Below, piece by piece: positions 9,233 to 17,997 of a DNA stretch of 64,000 nucleotides (its first letter is position 1; every line of letters begins with the position of its first letter). This DNA comes from Halorutilales archaeon Cl-col2-1. GTDB lineage: Archaea > Halobacteriota > Halobacteria > Halobacteriales > Afararchaeaceae. The translations under genes were made by a program, and so were the position numbers. Location of the stretch: contig CP169074.1 in assembly GCA_041891055.1 (NCBI GenBank), positions 1,760,001-1,824,000 on the forward strand, given 5' to 3'. Below the pieces are notes generated by a model. That model searched no databases, was not told the origin of the DNA, and was given only the letters and a program-made list of their open reading frames with translations.

Positions 9233-10191
9233 ATGTACGGACTGTCCTTCGTGAGTTCGTCTATCACTGCTTCGACTACTTCCTCAGTCGATGACTCTCC
9301 TCCTAAGTCGGGCGTCGGCGCGCGTCTGACCCCCTCATAGGTTGCTTCTTCGAGCCTCCTACTCCTCTTCTCGAAGCCGAGGTAATCGAGCATCATAGAT
9401 GCGCTCAGAAGACAGCCCGCGGGATTGGCTACTCCTTCGCCGGCTATGTCGGGGGCACTCCCGTGGACGGGCTCGAACATCCCGAAGTCGTCGCCTATGT
9501 TCGCGCTCGGTGCTACTCCTAACCCGTCTCCGAGTCCGGCTGTGAGGTCGCTGAGTATGTCTCCGTACAGATTCGGCGTGAGTAAGACGTCGAACTCCTC
9601 ACCATCTGCGAGGTCGTGGGCTACGGAGTCGACGAGCCTTTCGTCGTACTCGACGTACGAATCCTCGATGACTTCTCTGCTCACGTCTCTGAAGAGACGG
9701 TCCGAACCCACGACGTTGGCTTTGTGGACTACGGTGACTTCTGACTCCGCCTCTTCGACGGCTTTTACCGCCGTCTTCCGTGTCGCCTCCGTTGTCACTG
9801 AACGGACTGTCTCACACGCGCCTTCCTTTGATATCTCCTCCCCTGAGTAAAGACCCTCAGTGTTTTCCCTGACTACTGTCCCAGTCCGCGAGGGGCGTAC
9901 GTTGGCATAGAGTCCTAGCTCGTTTCTCAGACGGAGGACGGTGCTCTCGTACTTCGGGTCGTCGGGACTCTCGACGGCTCCGAGAAGAAGGGCATCACAG
10001 TCACGTATACGTTCGAGCGTCTCCTCGGTCACGCCTGTGTCGACCTCCTCTGACTCCCAGACAGACCTCCCGACATCGAGGCTCACGGTCTCGATACCCA
10101 CGTCGAGACATCTCAGAGACTCGACCGTAGCAGGCACGACCTCTCTGCCTACTCCGTCTCCCTCAGCCACTCCTAAAGTGATATCAGCCAT
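9229..10191 (-). CDS. aksF: Isocitrate/isopropylmalate family beta-decarboxylating dehydrogenase (AksF/homoisocitrate dehydrogenase-like)
   Basis: EGDGVGREV, LYANVRP, RENTEGLY, NLYGDILSDL, FEPVHGSAPDIAG. The aks assignment comes from gene context. Confidence 0.75.
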   Translation of the reverse strand: MADITLGVAEGDGVGREVVPATVESLRCLDVGIETVSLDVGRSVWESEEVDTGVTEETLERIRDCDALLLGAVESPDDPKYESTVLRLRNELGLYANVRPSRTGTVVRENTEGLYSGEEISKEGACETVRSVTTEATRKTAVKAVEEAESEVTVVHKANVVGSDRLFRDVSREVIEDSYVEYDERLVDSVAHDLADGEEFDVLLTPNLYGDILSDLTAGLGDGLGVAPSANIGDDFGMFEPVHGSAPDIAGEGVANPAGCLLSASMMLDYLGFEKRSRRLEEATYEGVRRAPTPDLGGESSTEEVVEAVIDELTKDSPYI

Positions 10192-10669
10192 TCTTTCTCC
10201 TCCAGCTTAGCAAGCCACCCGCTTCGAGAACCTCACGAAGCCTCTCGGGAAGCTCCTCACACTCGTGCCTCGTCTTCCCGGGCTCCGACTCCACTACCAC
10301 GGTGCCTTCTGACAGATCCAGTGAGACGCGGTCACCGTCGTCGGTGTCTTCGGCGACAGATGCTGTTGCTATCGGGAGACCAACGTTGATCGCGTTTCGG
10401 TAGAATATACGTGCGAACGACTCGGCGACTACCCCTCTGATCCCGGCTGCCTTTATCGCCCTCGGTGCCTGTTCACGTGACGATCCGTACCCGAAGTTCT
10501 CACCCGCTACTATAACGACTCCCTCGCTGTCGTCCGCAAACCGGGGATCTACGCCCTCCATTACGTGGTCAGCCCACACGTCCTCGTCACGCCGGAGGTA
10601 CTTTCCGGGTATTATCTCGTCGGTGCTGATGTCGTCTCCGAATGTCCTCGCTTCTCCTTTGACCCTCAT
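10184..10669 (-). CDS. aksE: Homoaconitase/isopropylmalate isomerase small subunit (AksE-like)
   Basis: Start re-called at MRVKGEA (ATGA overlap with the upstream stop); DISTDEIIPGKYLRR, NFGYGSSREQA, SFARIFYRNAINVGL. Confidence 0.8.
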   Translation of the reverse strand: MRVKGEARTFGDDISTDEIIPGKYLRRDEDVWADHVMEGVDPRFADDSEGVVIVAGENFGYGSSREQAPRAIKAAGIRGVVAESFARIFYRNAINVGLPIATASVAEDTDDGDRVSLDLSEGTVVVESEPGKTRHECEELPERLREVLEAGGLLSWRRKNG

Positions 10670-11913
10670 ACTACCTCCGCTGGGTTGGTTATCTCCCCTT
10701 CTACTGCACTCGCAGCGACGGTCTCGGGCGACCCGAGATACACGTCTCCCGATCCCATTCTCCCGTCGAAGTTCCTGTTGCCCGACGAGATACAGACCTC
10801 CCCGTCTCCGACGACTCCCTGGTGGTATCCCATACACGGACCACATCCGGGGTTGAGTATAGTCGCGCCGGCTTCCATAAGCACGTTCGAGATGCCCTCC
10901 TCGTTGGCTCTCATCAGGGCTTCCTTCGTGGCGGGAACTAATATCAGACGCGTCTCGGGTGCTACCTCGCTGCCTTCGAGGATTTCAGCCGCGGCGGCTA
11001 GGTCGGAGAAGCCCCCGTTCGTACAAGTTCCTATATGTGCCTGATCCACAGCCGTACCTTCGACTTCGTCGACTGGAACGGCGTCCTCGGGAGCACCCGG
11101 ACGTGCTACGAGGGGTGACTCGGGAGCCTGTATACGTATCTCCTCGTCCCAAGACCCCGGGTCGGAGTAGACGGGGTTCGCGTCCTCCTTTCCGGTGTAC
11201 TCGAAGGTAGTCTCATCGGGTGGTATCACCGCCGACTTCGCGTCCATTTCGACACCCATGTTACACAGGGTTATCCTCTCCTCTACGCTGAGATCCTCTA
11301 TACAGTCGCCGTGGTACTCTATCACGCTGTAGTTAGCACCGCTCGCCCCCAGCTCCGAGACGATCTTGAGAGTCAGATCCTTGGGTGTAATACGGCTCCG
11401 GCTCGGGTCGAATTCCTCAATCTCTACCTTAATTGTCTCTGGGACACGGAACCACAGCTTTCCCGAGATGAGTGCCTCGGCGATATCAGTGCTTCCCACA
11501 CCCGTCGAGAATGCTCCGAGTGCACCGAAGCTACACGTGTGTGAGTCGCCCCCGACTACAATATCTCCGGGGTTTATGTAGTCTTTCTCGGGAAGTACCC
11601 TGTGACATATCCCCTCACCCTCGTGTCTGTCGATGCCATTCTCGGTGGTCCAGTCCCTTATCTCAGACTGCTGTTCGGCGACGTCCTCGTCGGGTGCCGG
11701 GAAGTAGTGGTCGAAGGGAACAACCACCTTGTCGGAGTCCCACGGCTCTTCATCCATCTCCTTCATAGCCTCGACGGCTAGGACGCTCGAACCGTCGTGA
11801 GCCATCACGAGGTCGAGATCAGCCTCAACAACGTCTCCTGCTCGCGCTTCCTCACCCGACGCGTCCGAGAGCACCTTCTCCGCCATCGTCGTAGGCTCTG
11901 TCGCCCGCGTCAT
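10666..11913 (-). CDS. aksD: Homoaconitase/isopropylmalate isomerase large subunit (AksD-like)
   Basis: MAHD, DH, GICH, DSHT, GTCTNG, PGCGPCMG ([4Fe-4S] ligands), NRNFDGRMG. Confidence 0.8.
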   Translation of the reverse strand: MTRATEPTTMAEKVLSDASGEEARAGDVVEADLDLVMAHDGSSVLAVEAMKEMDEEPWDSDKVVVPFDHYFPAPDEDVAEQQSEIRDWTTENGIDRHEGEGICHRVLPEKDYINPGDIVVGGDSHTCSFGALGAFSTGVGSTDIAEALISGKLWFRVPETIKVEIEEFDPSRSRITPKDLTLKIVSELGASGANYSVIEYHGDCIEDLSVEERITLCNMGVEMDAKSAVIPPDETTFEYTGKEDANPVYSDPGSWDEEIRIQAPESPLVARPGAPEDAVPVDEVEGTAVDQAHIGTCTNGGFSDLAAAAEILEGSEVAPETRLILVPATKEALMRANEEGISNVLMEAGATILNPGCGPCMGYHQGVVGDGEVCISSGNRNFDGRMGSGDVYLGSPETVAASAVEGEITNPAEVV

Positions 11914-13052
11914 CTTCCTCTCACCTCCTCGACCAGCTCGGATATGCTGACTGTGTCTCTTCCCGACTTGAGACTCTCGACTACCTCCTCAATCTCGTCC
12001 TCGATCTCTATACCCTCTCTCTCGGCGATGAACTCTACTGCCTTTCTACCTGAATGTTTCCCGATCTCGAACTCCCTCTCTCGTCCGACTTTCTCGGGAG
12101 GGTATACCTCGTAAGTCCCGGGATCGTTGGCTATCCCCTCGACGTGGACACCGCTCTCGTATCTGAAGGCGTTTTTCCCGACTACCGGCTTCGTAGGGCT
12201 GACCTCTATTCCCGATCTCTCTTCGACGACTTCCGAGAGACGGCTCAGTTTCTCAGTCTCTACCACCTCGAACGAGTACTGTGTCGAGAGGACGACTGCG
12301 ACCTCTTCTAGGGGAGTGTTGCCCGCGTTCTCACCTATGCCGTTCACAGTCGTGTGTAGCTGTACTGCGCCCTCCTCGGCTGCGGCAACTGTGTTCGCGA
12401 CTGAAAGACCCAGGTCGTCGTGGCAGTGTACCGAGACGGGTACCTCGACCCAGTCTCTGACCTTAGTCACCATCGTTCGTGTCGTCGGTGGGGTTAGAGC
12501 ACCCACAGTGTCGGCTATACCTACCATGTCGGCTCCTCTCTCCTCGGCACCCGTGTAGAGACGTCTGAGGAAGCCGGGGTCGGATCGTGTAGAGTCCTCG
12601 ATGGCGAAACGCACCTCTATCCCATGATCAGACGCGTACTCGACCGTCCTGAACGCCTTCTCAGCCGCCTCTTGCCTCGTTATACCGTACTTCTGACTCA
12701 GATGGCGGTCGCTCCCGGCTATGAATACACCTACTGCGTCGGCTCCCGTCTCGATTACGGAGTCTATGTCGTCTTCCATACACCGCGCGAGACACGAGAT
12801 CTTAGCGTCTGTTCCGAGACTCACGACCTCCTCGACGGCTCTTCTCTCGTCGTCGCTTACAGCCGGAAATCCCGCCTCTATGTATCCTACTCCTGCTTCG
12901 TCAAGCAGACGCGCTATCTCCTTCTTGTCCTCGACCGAGAACGAGACTCCGGGTGTCTGTTCTCCGTCTCTTAACGTGACATCGTATATATGAAGATCAT
13001 CAGTTAGTTGGGGTCTGTCGACGAAGTTCGAGAAGCTGTTGGCTTGGGTCAT
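11910..13052 (-). CDS. aksA: Homocitrate synthase-like DRE-TIM acyltransferase (AksA-like), no regulatory domain
   Basis: DVTLRDGEQTPG, HCHDDLG, GIGENAGN, ESGVH, GKHSG; about 380 aa from the ATG at 13052. Confidence 0.8.
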   Translation of the reverse strand: MTQANSFSNFVDRPQLTDDLHIYDVTLRDGEQTPGVSFSVEDKKEIARLLDEAGVGYIEAGFPAVSDDERRAVEEVVSLGTDAKISCLARCMEDDIDSVIETGADAVGVFIAGSDRHLSQKYGITRQEAAEKAFRTVEYASDHGIEVRFAIEDSTRSDPGFLRRLYTGAEERGADMVGIADTVGALTPPTTRTMVTKVRDWVEVPVSVHCHDDLGLSVANTVAAAEEGAVQLHTTVNGIGENAGNTPLEEVAVVLSTQYSFEVVETEKLSRLSEVVEERSGIEVSPTKPVVGKNAFRYESGVHVEGIANDPGTYEVYPPEKVGREREFEIGKHSGRKAVEFIAEREGIEIEDEIEEVVESLKSGRDTVSISELVEEVRGR

Positions 13053-13071
13053 TGTGGTTGTCGTGTTTACT

Positions 13072-13752
13072 TTACTCTCCGAATACCTCTGTCGTGAGGC
13101 TCTTTCTGACGGATTTGGCGGCTTCCTCGGGTGTGACTCTCTCCTCTGAGACACCGATATCAGGTATCTTTCCGACGACGTCAATGCCTGTCATCATCTC
13201 AATTTCGTCGGGGTTTGTCCTCTCGGCTGTGTCGGGATTCTCAGGATATCTGTTGATAACTATTCCCGAGACATCGAGGCTTCTTCTCTCGACTGCCTCG
13301 ACGGTGAGCGCTGTGTGGTTGAGGGTTCCGAGGCTCGGGCGCGTGACAATGAGAACGGGGACTCCGAGGTCTTCTATCAGGTCTATTACCTCCTTACCGT
13401 CGTCGAGAGGCACTCTCACACCTCCGATACCCTCTACGACGGTGAAGCCGTCCTCGGATAACCTCGATACGACGTGTTCGAGTACACTGTCGTAGCCCAG
13501 GTCACACCCCTCTATCTCCGCCGCGACTCTCGGAGCCAAGGGCTCTTCGAGTACCGACGCGCAGACTTCGTCTACGGGGTCGCCTGACGCCGCACTAAGA
13601 AACTCGGCGTCGTCACTCCCGCCTGACTCGACGGGCTTTACTGCGTTCACGTCGAATCCCTTGTCTTTCAGGTATCTTACTATTCCTCCCGCGACTACTG
13701 TCTTACCCACTCCTGTGTCGGTTCCGGCTACGAATATCCCGTTCGTGTTCAT
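13072..13752 (-). CDS. bioD: Dethiobiotin synthase
   Basis: FVAGTDTGVGKT, KPVESG, VEGIGG, LGTLNHT. Confidence 0.95.
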   Translation of the reverse strand: MNTNGIFVAGTDTGVGKTVVAGGIVRYLKDKGFDVNAVKPVESGGSDDAEFLSAASGDPVDEVCASVLEEPLAPRVAAEIEGCDLGYDSVLEHVVSRLSEDGFTVVEGIGGVRVPLDDGKEVIDLIEDLGVPVLIVTRPSLGTLNHTALTVEAVERRSLDVSGIVINRYPENPDTAERTNPDEIEMMTGIDVVGKIPDIGVSEERVTPEEAAKSVRKSLTTEVFGE

Positions 13753-14960
13753 ATCACTCCCACCTCTTTGCCTGCCTCCTCGAACGCGTCCACGACTTTT
13801 CGGATTTCGTCATCTGTATGGGTCGCCATCGCGCTCACACGTATCCTACTCGTACCTTCGGGGACTGTCGGAGGACGTACTGCGGGAGCGAAGATGCCTC
13901 TCTCCTCGAGCTTATCCCCTAGACTTACTGCGTCTTCGGCGTCGCCTACGAGAACCGGGATTATCTGTGACTCACGGCTGAGTATCTCATATCCGAGGTC
14001 GCTCAGACTCTCTCTCAAGAACTCGACGTTCGACCATAGATCTTCTCTCAGATTCTCTCCCTCACCACTCCTTACGAGATTTACTGCCTCGCGTGAGACC
14101 TCGGCGTCTATCGGGCTCAGACCCGTGCTGAAGACGAACGACCTCGCCTCGTTCACGAGGAGGTCGATAAGCTCTGAGGATCCAGCGACAAAGCCGCCCT
14201 GGCTTCCGAGGGCTTTGCTCATCGTACCCATCTGAATATCTATGTCGTCCACAAGCCCCTCGCGTCTGACTACTCCAGAACCTTCCTCGCCTACTACACC
14301 TGTGGCATGCGCCTCGTCGACCATTACGAAGCCACCGTCGTCGCGCGCTATCTCCGATATTTCCTTGAGGGGAGCTATGTCGCCGTCCATCGAGAATACC
14401 GAGTCGGTCACAATCAGCTTACGTCTTCCGTCGTGTTTCTTCCATTTTTCACGGAGGTCGTCGGGATCGCAATGGTCGTACACAACGGTTTTGGCGTCTG
14501 AGAGGCGGCATCCGTCTATTATGCTCGCGTGGTTGAGTTCGTCGCTGAATATAACGTCCCTCTCGTCTGCAGATCCCTGATCTCCAGGCTCGGAAATCAA
14601 AGATTTCCGAACGTCGGTGACTGCGGTGATCGTTCCGACGTTCGCGGCATATCCCGACGAAAAAACCAGAGCGTCTTGTGTTCTCTTGTACTCGGCAATC
14701 TCGTCCTCGAGACGCCGGTGTGGCTCCAGATTGCCCGATAGTAGACGCGACGCTCCTGCCCCAGTGCCGTACTTATCGCTCGCTCTGCACGCCGCCTCCT
14801 TCAGACGTCTATGGCTTCCGAGCCCGAGGTACGAGTTGGAGGAGAGAACCAAGGTTCTGTCATCCTCGCCGTCGACCGTCGCTGTCTTTCCAAAGCCGCC
14901 GAGTTCCCTCATCGACCTGTAGAGTCCCCGGCGTTTCCTGACCTCAACCTCCTCGAACAT
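13749..14960 (-). CDS. bioF: 8-amino-7-oxononanoate synthase
   Basis: SSNSYLGL, GASRLLSG, DELNHASIIDG, FSMDGD, DEAHA, GTMSKALG (PLP lysine). Confidence 0.95.
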   Translation of the reverse strand: MFEEVEVRKRRGLYRSMRELGGFGKTATVDGEDDRTLVLSSNSYLGLGSHRRLKEAACRASDKYGTGAGASRLLSGNLEPHRRLEDEIAEYKRTQDALVFSSGYAANVGTITAVTDVRKSLISEPGDQGSADERDVIFSDELNHASIIDGCRLSDAKTVVYDHCDPDDLREKWKKHDGRRKLIVTDSVFSMDGDIAPLKEISEIARDDGGFVMVDEAHATGVVGEEGSGVVRREGLVDDIDIQMGTMSKALGSQGGFVAGSSELIDLLVNEARSFVFSTGLSPIDAEVSREAVNLVRSGEGENLREDLWSNVEFLRESLSDLGYEILSRESQIIPVLVGDAEDAVSLGDKLEERGIFAPAVRPPTVPEGTSRIRVSAMATHTDDEIRKVVDAFEEAGKEVGVI

Positions 14961-14963
14961 CTA

Positions 14964-15962
14964 CTAGAATCCGGGCATTATCTCGCTCGGATCGAAGAGG
15001 CCGTAGAGTCCGTTTTGGTTGAGGAAGACCCCTTTCTTGAGGTATCCGAGCGCGGGACCGTTGACGTTCGCTGCCATGCTCGTGTTGTCGTCTAGCTTGA
15101 ATGTGTTGGTGCCCTCGTCGCCCTCGAAGGTCGTACCCGTCACACGTACGGTCGTCGTCGTGGGTTTCTCGTCCTGTGTGACGTCGAGTATTCCTCCTAC
15201 CTTGACGTCGGCGGAGTCACATATTCCCGCCTTTTCGAGGAGTACCTCGTCGGCGTGTTCCATGTCCTCGAACTCAAGACGTCCGTCGTGTTCCTCTATT
15301 ATCTCCTCTATCTCGTCGTCGGACATCTCGGAGACCTTTTCGAGGTCGTACTCCGGGAGATGTGCGATGTCCTCTCTCACGGTTCCCTTGTTCTCCTCGT
15401 ATCCGCTCGCTATGCCTACTCCCCACCATATCTCTATCTCGTCGACCTCTACGAAGCTCTGTGAAGCGATTGCGGCGGCTCCCGTGAGGAAGCCGGGCGT
15501 CGCACCTGCGCCACAGATGAAGGTAATTCCCGATGCCTCTATCTTCGACTCCATATCTTCGAGCATGCCGATCACACGCGACCTCTTGAGGACGTCAATC
15601 ATGACTCCCGAGTAGCCCGCGTCTGCGAATCTGTCGACGGTATCGGGTATGAACGAATGGGGGATGTTGGGAAGAGCCATCAGGACGGCGTCTATACGGT
15701 CGCTGACCTCGATGACCTCCTGTATCGAGTCGTTCGCGGGAGTCCCACCGGGAGCCTTCGCGACTGTTCCTCCGTCGGCTTCGACCGCATCGACGATGTC
15801 GTCGACTTCGAGACCGTCGAAGTCTATTGCCACACCTTCTTTGTCACACACCGCGACCGGATTGAGGTCGTCCTTGTACTCCGAGACTTCGAGTGTTCGT
15901 TTGCCTATTCCACCTGTACCAAGTACGGCTATGTTCTTTGTATCTGCGTCTGTTTCAGACAT
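14964..15962 (-). CDS. bioU: BioU NAD(P)H-dependent suicide enzyme (replaces BioA)
   Basis: Rossmann VLGTGGIG, ALPNIP, DVLKRS (conserved Lys), GATPGFLT, REDIAHL, MEHAD, TSMAANVNGP; lies between bioW and bioF with no bioA present. Confidence 0.85.
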   Translation of the reverse strand: MSETDADTKNIAVLGTGGIGKRTLEVSEYKDDLNPVAVCDKEGVAIDFDGLEVDDIVDAVEADGGTVAKAPGGTPANDSIQEVIEVSDRIDAVLMALPNIPHSFIPDTVDRFADAGYSGVMIDVLKRSRVIGMLEDMESKIEASGITFICGAGATPGFLTGAAAIASQSFVEVDEIEIWWGVGIASGYEENKGTVREDIAHLPEYDLEKVSEMSDDEIEEIIEEHDGRLEFEDMEHADEVLLEKAGICDSADVKVGGILDVTQDEKPTTTTVRVTGTTFEGDEGTNTFKLDDNTSMAANVNGPALGYLKKGVFLNQNGLYGLFDPSEIMPGF

Positions 15963-16725
15963 ATTTATCGAGTTCTTTGGGTTTTATACTGTAGAAATCC
16001 GACACTCCGTCAACCAGAAACGGCGTAGTCTCAAGACTGTCTATATAGCTGTTCAGATCCGTGTCGGGAGAGACGAAGTAGACGCGTCCTCCCGAAGAGC
16101 CGTCAGGCTTCATCCTCGGAAAACGGAAGTAAGTCGCGTCCACAGCTACGTATCCGGGCTTATAGCCGGGGTTGTCCGACCAGCAGATTTCCCCGACTGT
16201 TCCCTCGACCCACTGTGTCTTCGTAGACAGAACGACTGCGTCCTTGACACGTGTTCCGCCGAGACCCGCGTCGTGTATACACTCTTCGAGTCCCTCCTCG
16301 CCTTCATCTGTCGTGCCGACGTAAGAGGTTCTCACTCCTCGACTCTCGTCGGGTTCGAGCCTCTCGCCAGTCTCGGAGTCGACGACTGCAGCACCTCTCA
16401 TCGCCGTCTCGGAGCGGAGTATCTCGAACCCTCTTTCGGTAGCCTCCTTAGAGATGTGTTCCTGAAGTATACTCCTCGCTGTCGCGTGACTCTCTTTGAG
16501 GCTCGATGTCTCGACCGTGACGACATCGACTGTGTCGCTTCTCTCGGGCTTTTGTTCGATCTCTTCTATTGAGATCTCTACGGAGTCGGGCGTCTCTCTC
16601 GGGTGGTTCATCGCTCTCGCCGTCATAGACGAGACTGTGTCGTCTATCTCGTCGTCGACGACTATGTCCTCCGCGCCCGAGACGTGTTCGTCGTTCAGAG
16701 AAGCCCTCATCCGTACGCTGTACAT
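15955..16725 (-). CDS. bioW: 6-carboxyhexanoate--CoA ligase (pimeloyl-CoA synthetase)
   Basis: MYSVRMRAS..HVSGAE, RAMNHPR, MRGA, RLEPDESRGVR, EICWSDNPGYKPGYVA, GGRVYF. Confidence 0.92.
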   Translation of the reverse strand: MYSVRMRASLNDEHVSGAEDIVVDDEIDDTVSSMTARAMNHPRETPDSVEISIEEIEQKPERSDTVDVVTVETSSLKESHATARSILQEHISKEATERGFEILRSETAMRGAAVVDSETGERLEPDESRGVRTSYVGTTDEGEEGLEECIHDAGLGGTRVKDAVVLSTKTQWVEGTVGEICWSDNPGYKPGYVAVDATYFRFPRMKPDGSSGGRVYFVSPDTDLNSYIDSLETTPFLVDGVSDFYSIKPKELDKYV

Positions 16726-16728
16726 ACT

Positions 16729-17727
16729 CTATTCGAGGTCTTCGACGCGTCTTCCCGCGTTCTGGATCATCTCTATGTCTTCCTGAGCGTTCTGTCCCTC
16801 AGTCGTGAGGTAGTCGCCTATTAGGAGACCGTTGGCTCCCGATTCGAGTATCTCGGGCTGTCTGTCCTTGAGGTTCTCCTCGCGCCCTCCGGTGATCCGT
16901 ATCACCTTCTCGGGCATCATGAACCGGTAGATGGAGACCGACCGGAGTATCTCGTCGACGGTGATCTTCGAGTACGACTCGAACGGCGTTCCGGGTACGG
17001 GATTGAGTATGTTGACAGGTATCGAGTCGACATCGAGCCTCCTAAGCTCGGAAGCCGCCTCTATCCTGTGCTCCATCTCCTCACCCATTCCGAATATCAC
17101 TCCGACACACGTCTTGAGACCGACCTCCTGTGCGATCTGAATAGTCCTGACCCTGTCGTCGTAGTCGTGTGTGGATATGACCTCGTCGAAGTACGACGGC
17201 GCGGTCTCTATGTTGTGGTTGTAATGCTGAAGACCCGCCTCTGCGAGATCCTCCGCCTCCTCGCGCGTGAGAACTCCGAGGGAGCCGTCGGGTTCTACGT
17301 CTGTCTCGTCCCTGATGAGACGTATCGACTCTAAGACCTTCTCGAACTCGTCGGGGCGTTTCTGCTTGTCGATTCCGCGCTCGGCGACCACGATACCAAA
17401 CCTGTTCGAGCCGTCTTCCTCTGCCCTCTTCGCGGCTTCGAGTATCTCCTCGGGGTCGAGGTAGTCGTACTCGTCGACGCCCGTGTCGTAATGGTTCGAC
17501 TGGGCACAGAAGCCACAGTCCTCGGCACATCCGCCGCTCTTGGCGTTGATGATAGAGCACGTATCGACGCCGTCGCCCATATTCGACTCACGTATCTCGT
17601 CGGCGGCGTCAACGAGGGGTTCGAGGGGAGCGTCGGCGAGACGGAGAGCCTCTTCCTCCGAGACTCCCTCACCCCTCAGAGCCTTCGTCTTCAGATGACC
17701 TATCTCCTCAGCTAACTCGTTAACCAT
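16729..17727 (-). CDS. bioB: Biotin synthase
   Basis: CSIINAKSGGCAEDCGFCAQS radical-SAM motif, YNHNIET, GDYLTT. Confidence 0.97.
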   Translation of the reverse strand: MVNELAEEIGHLKTKALRGEGVSEEEALRLADAPLEPLVDAADEIRESNMGDGVDTCSIINAKSGGCAEDCGFCAQSNHYDTGVDEYDYLDPEEILEAAKRAEEDGSNRFGIVVAERGIDKQKRPDEFEKVLESIRLIRDETDVEPDGSLGVLTREEAEDLAEAGLQHYNHNIETAPSYFDEVISTHDYDDRVRTIQIAQEVGLKTCVGVIFGMGEEMEHRIEAASELRRLDVDSIPVNILNPVPGTPFESYSKITVDEILRSVSIYRFMMPEKVIRITGGREENLKDRQPEILESGANGLLIGDYLTTEGQNAQEDIEMIQNAGRRVEDLE

Positions 17728-17749
17728 GCAGACGAGCTTGGTTGACGAG
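17716..17749. promoter_or_regulatory. Putative BirA-type biotin operator overlapping the bioB start
   Basis: CTCGTTAAC-N16-GTTGACGAG palindrome. A TATA-like TATTATA on the minus strand at about 17754-17760 suggests a leaderless transcript. Confidence 0.65.
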
Positions 17750-17997
17750 ATAGTATAATACTTATGGTAGTTGATTATAGTCTCACCCTCTCAGCCGGCT
17801 GTCTGTCTGTGACTTACCTTTTCGTAAGGTTAATTTTACTTCGGCAACTTCTAACAGTTGACACACGCTCCCGCAGCCAGCCCATCCTTCTGATCCGAGT
17901 GTGTGTCACGACACGCCCATGTCACCACGTCCACATCCAGTCTATTTTTGACCGAAACACGAAAGGAGTTAGACACGGAATCCGTACCCAGAGCCGG

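Noticed and set aside
8316-9254. Long antisense ORFs (e.g. 8316-9254, 15649-16572, 19605-20495, 21464-22492, 31521-32333)
   Set aside because: Ser/Arg-rich shadow frames opposite well-supported acidic genes.
9229-13052. Calling the four elongation genes a plain leuABCD operon or aminoadipate lysine genes
   Set aside because: Disfavoured but not excluded: YLRR loop, no LeuA regulatory domain, no ilv or lysW/X/Y/Z neighbours, coupling to bioD, and lysA present in the window.
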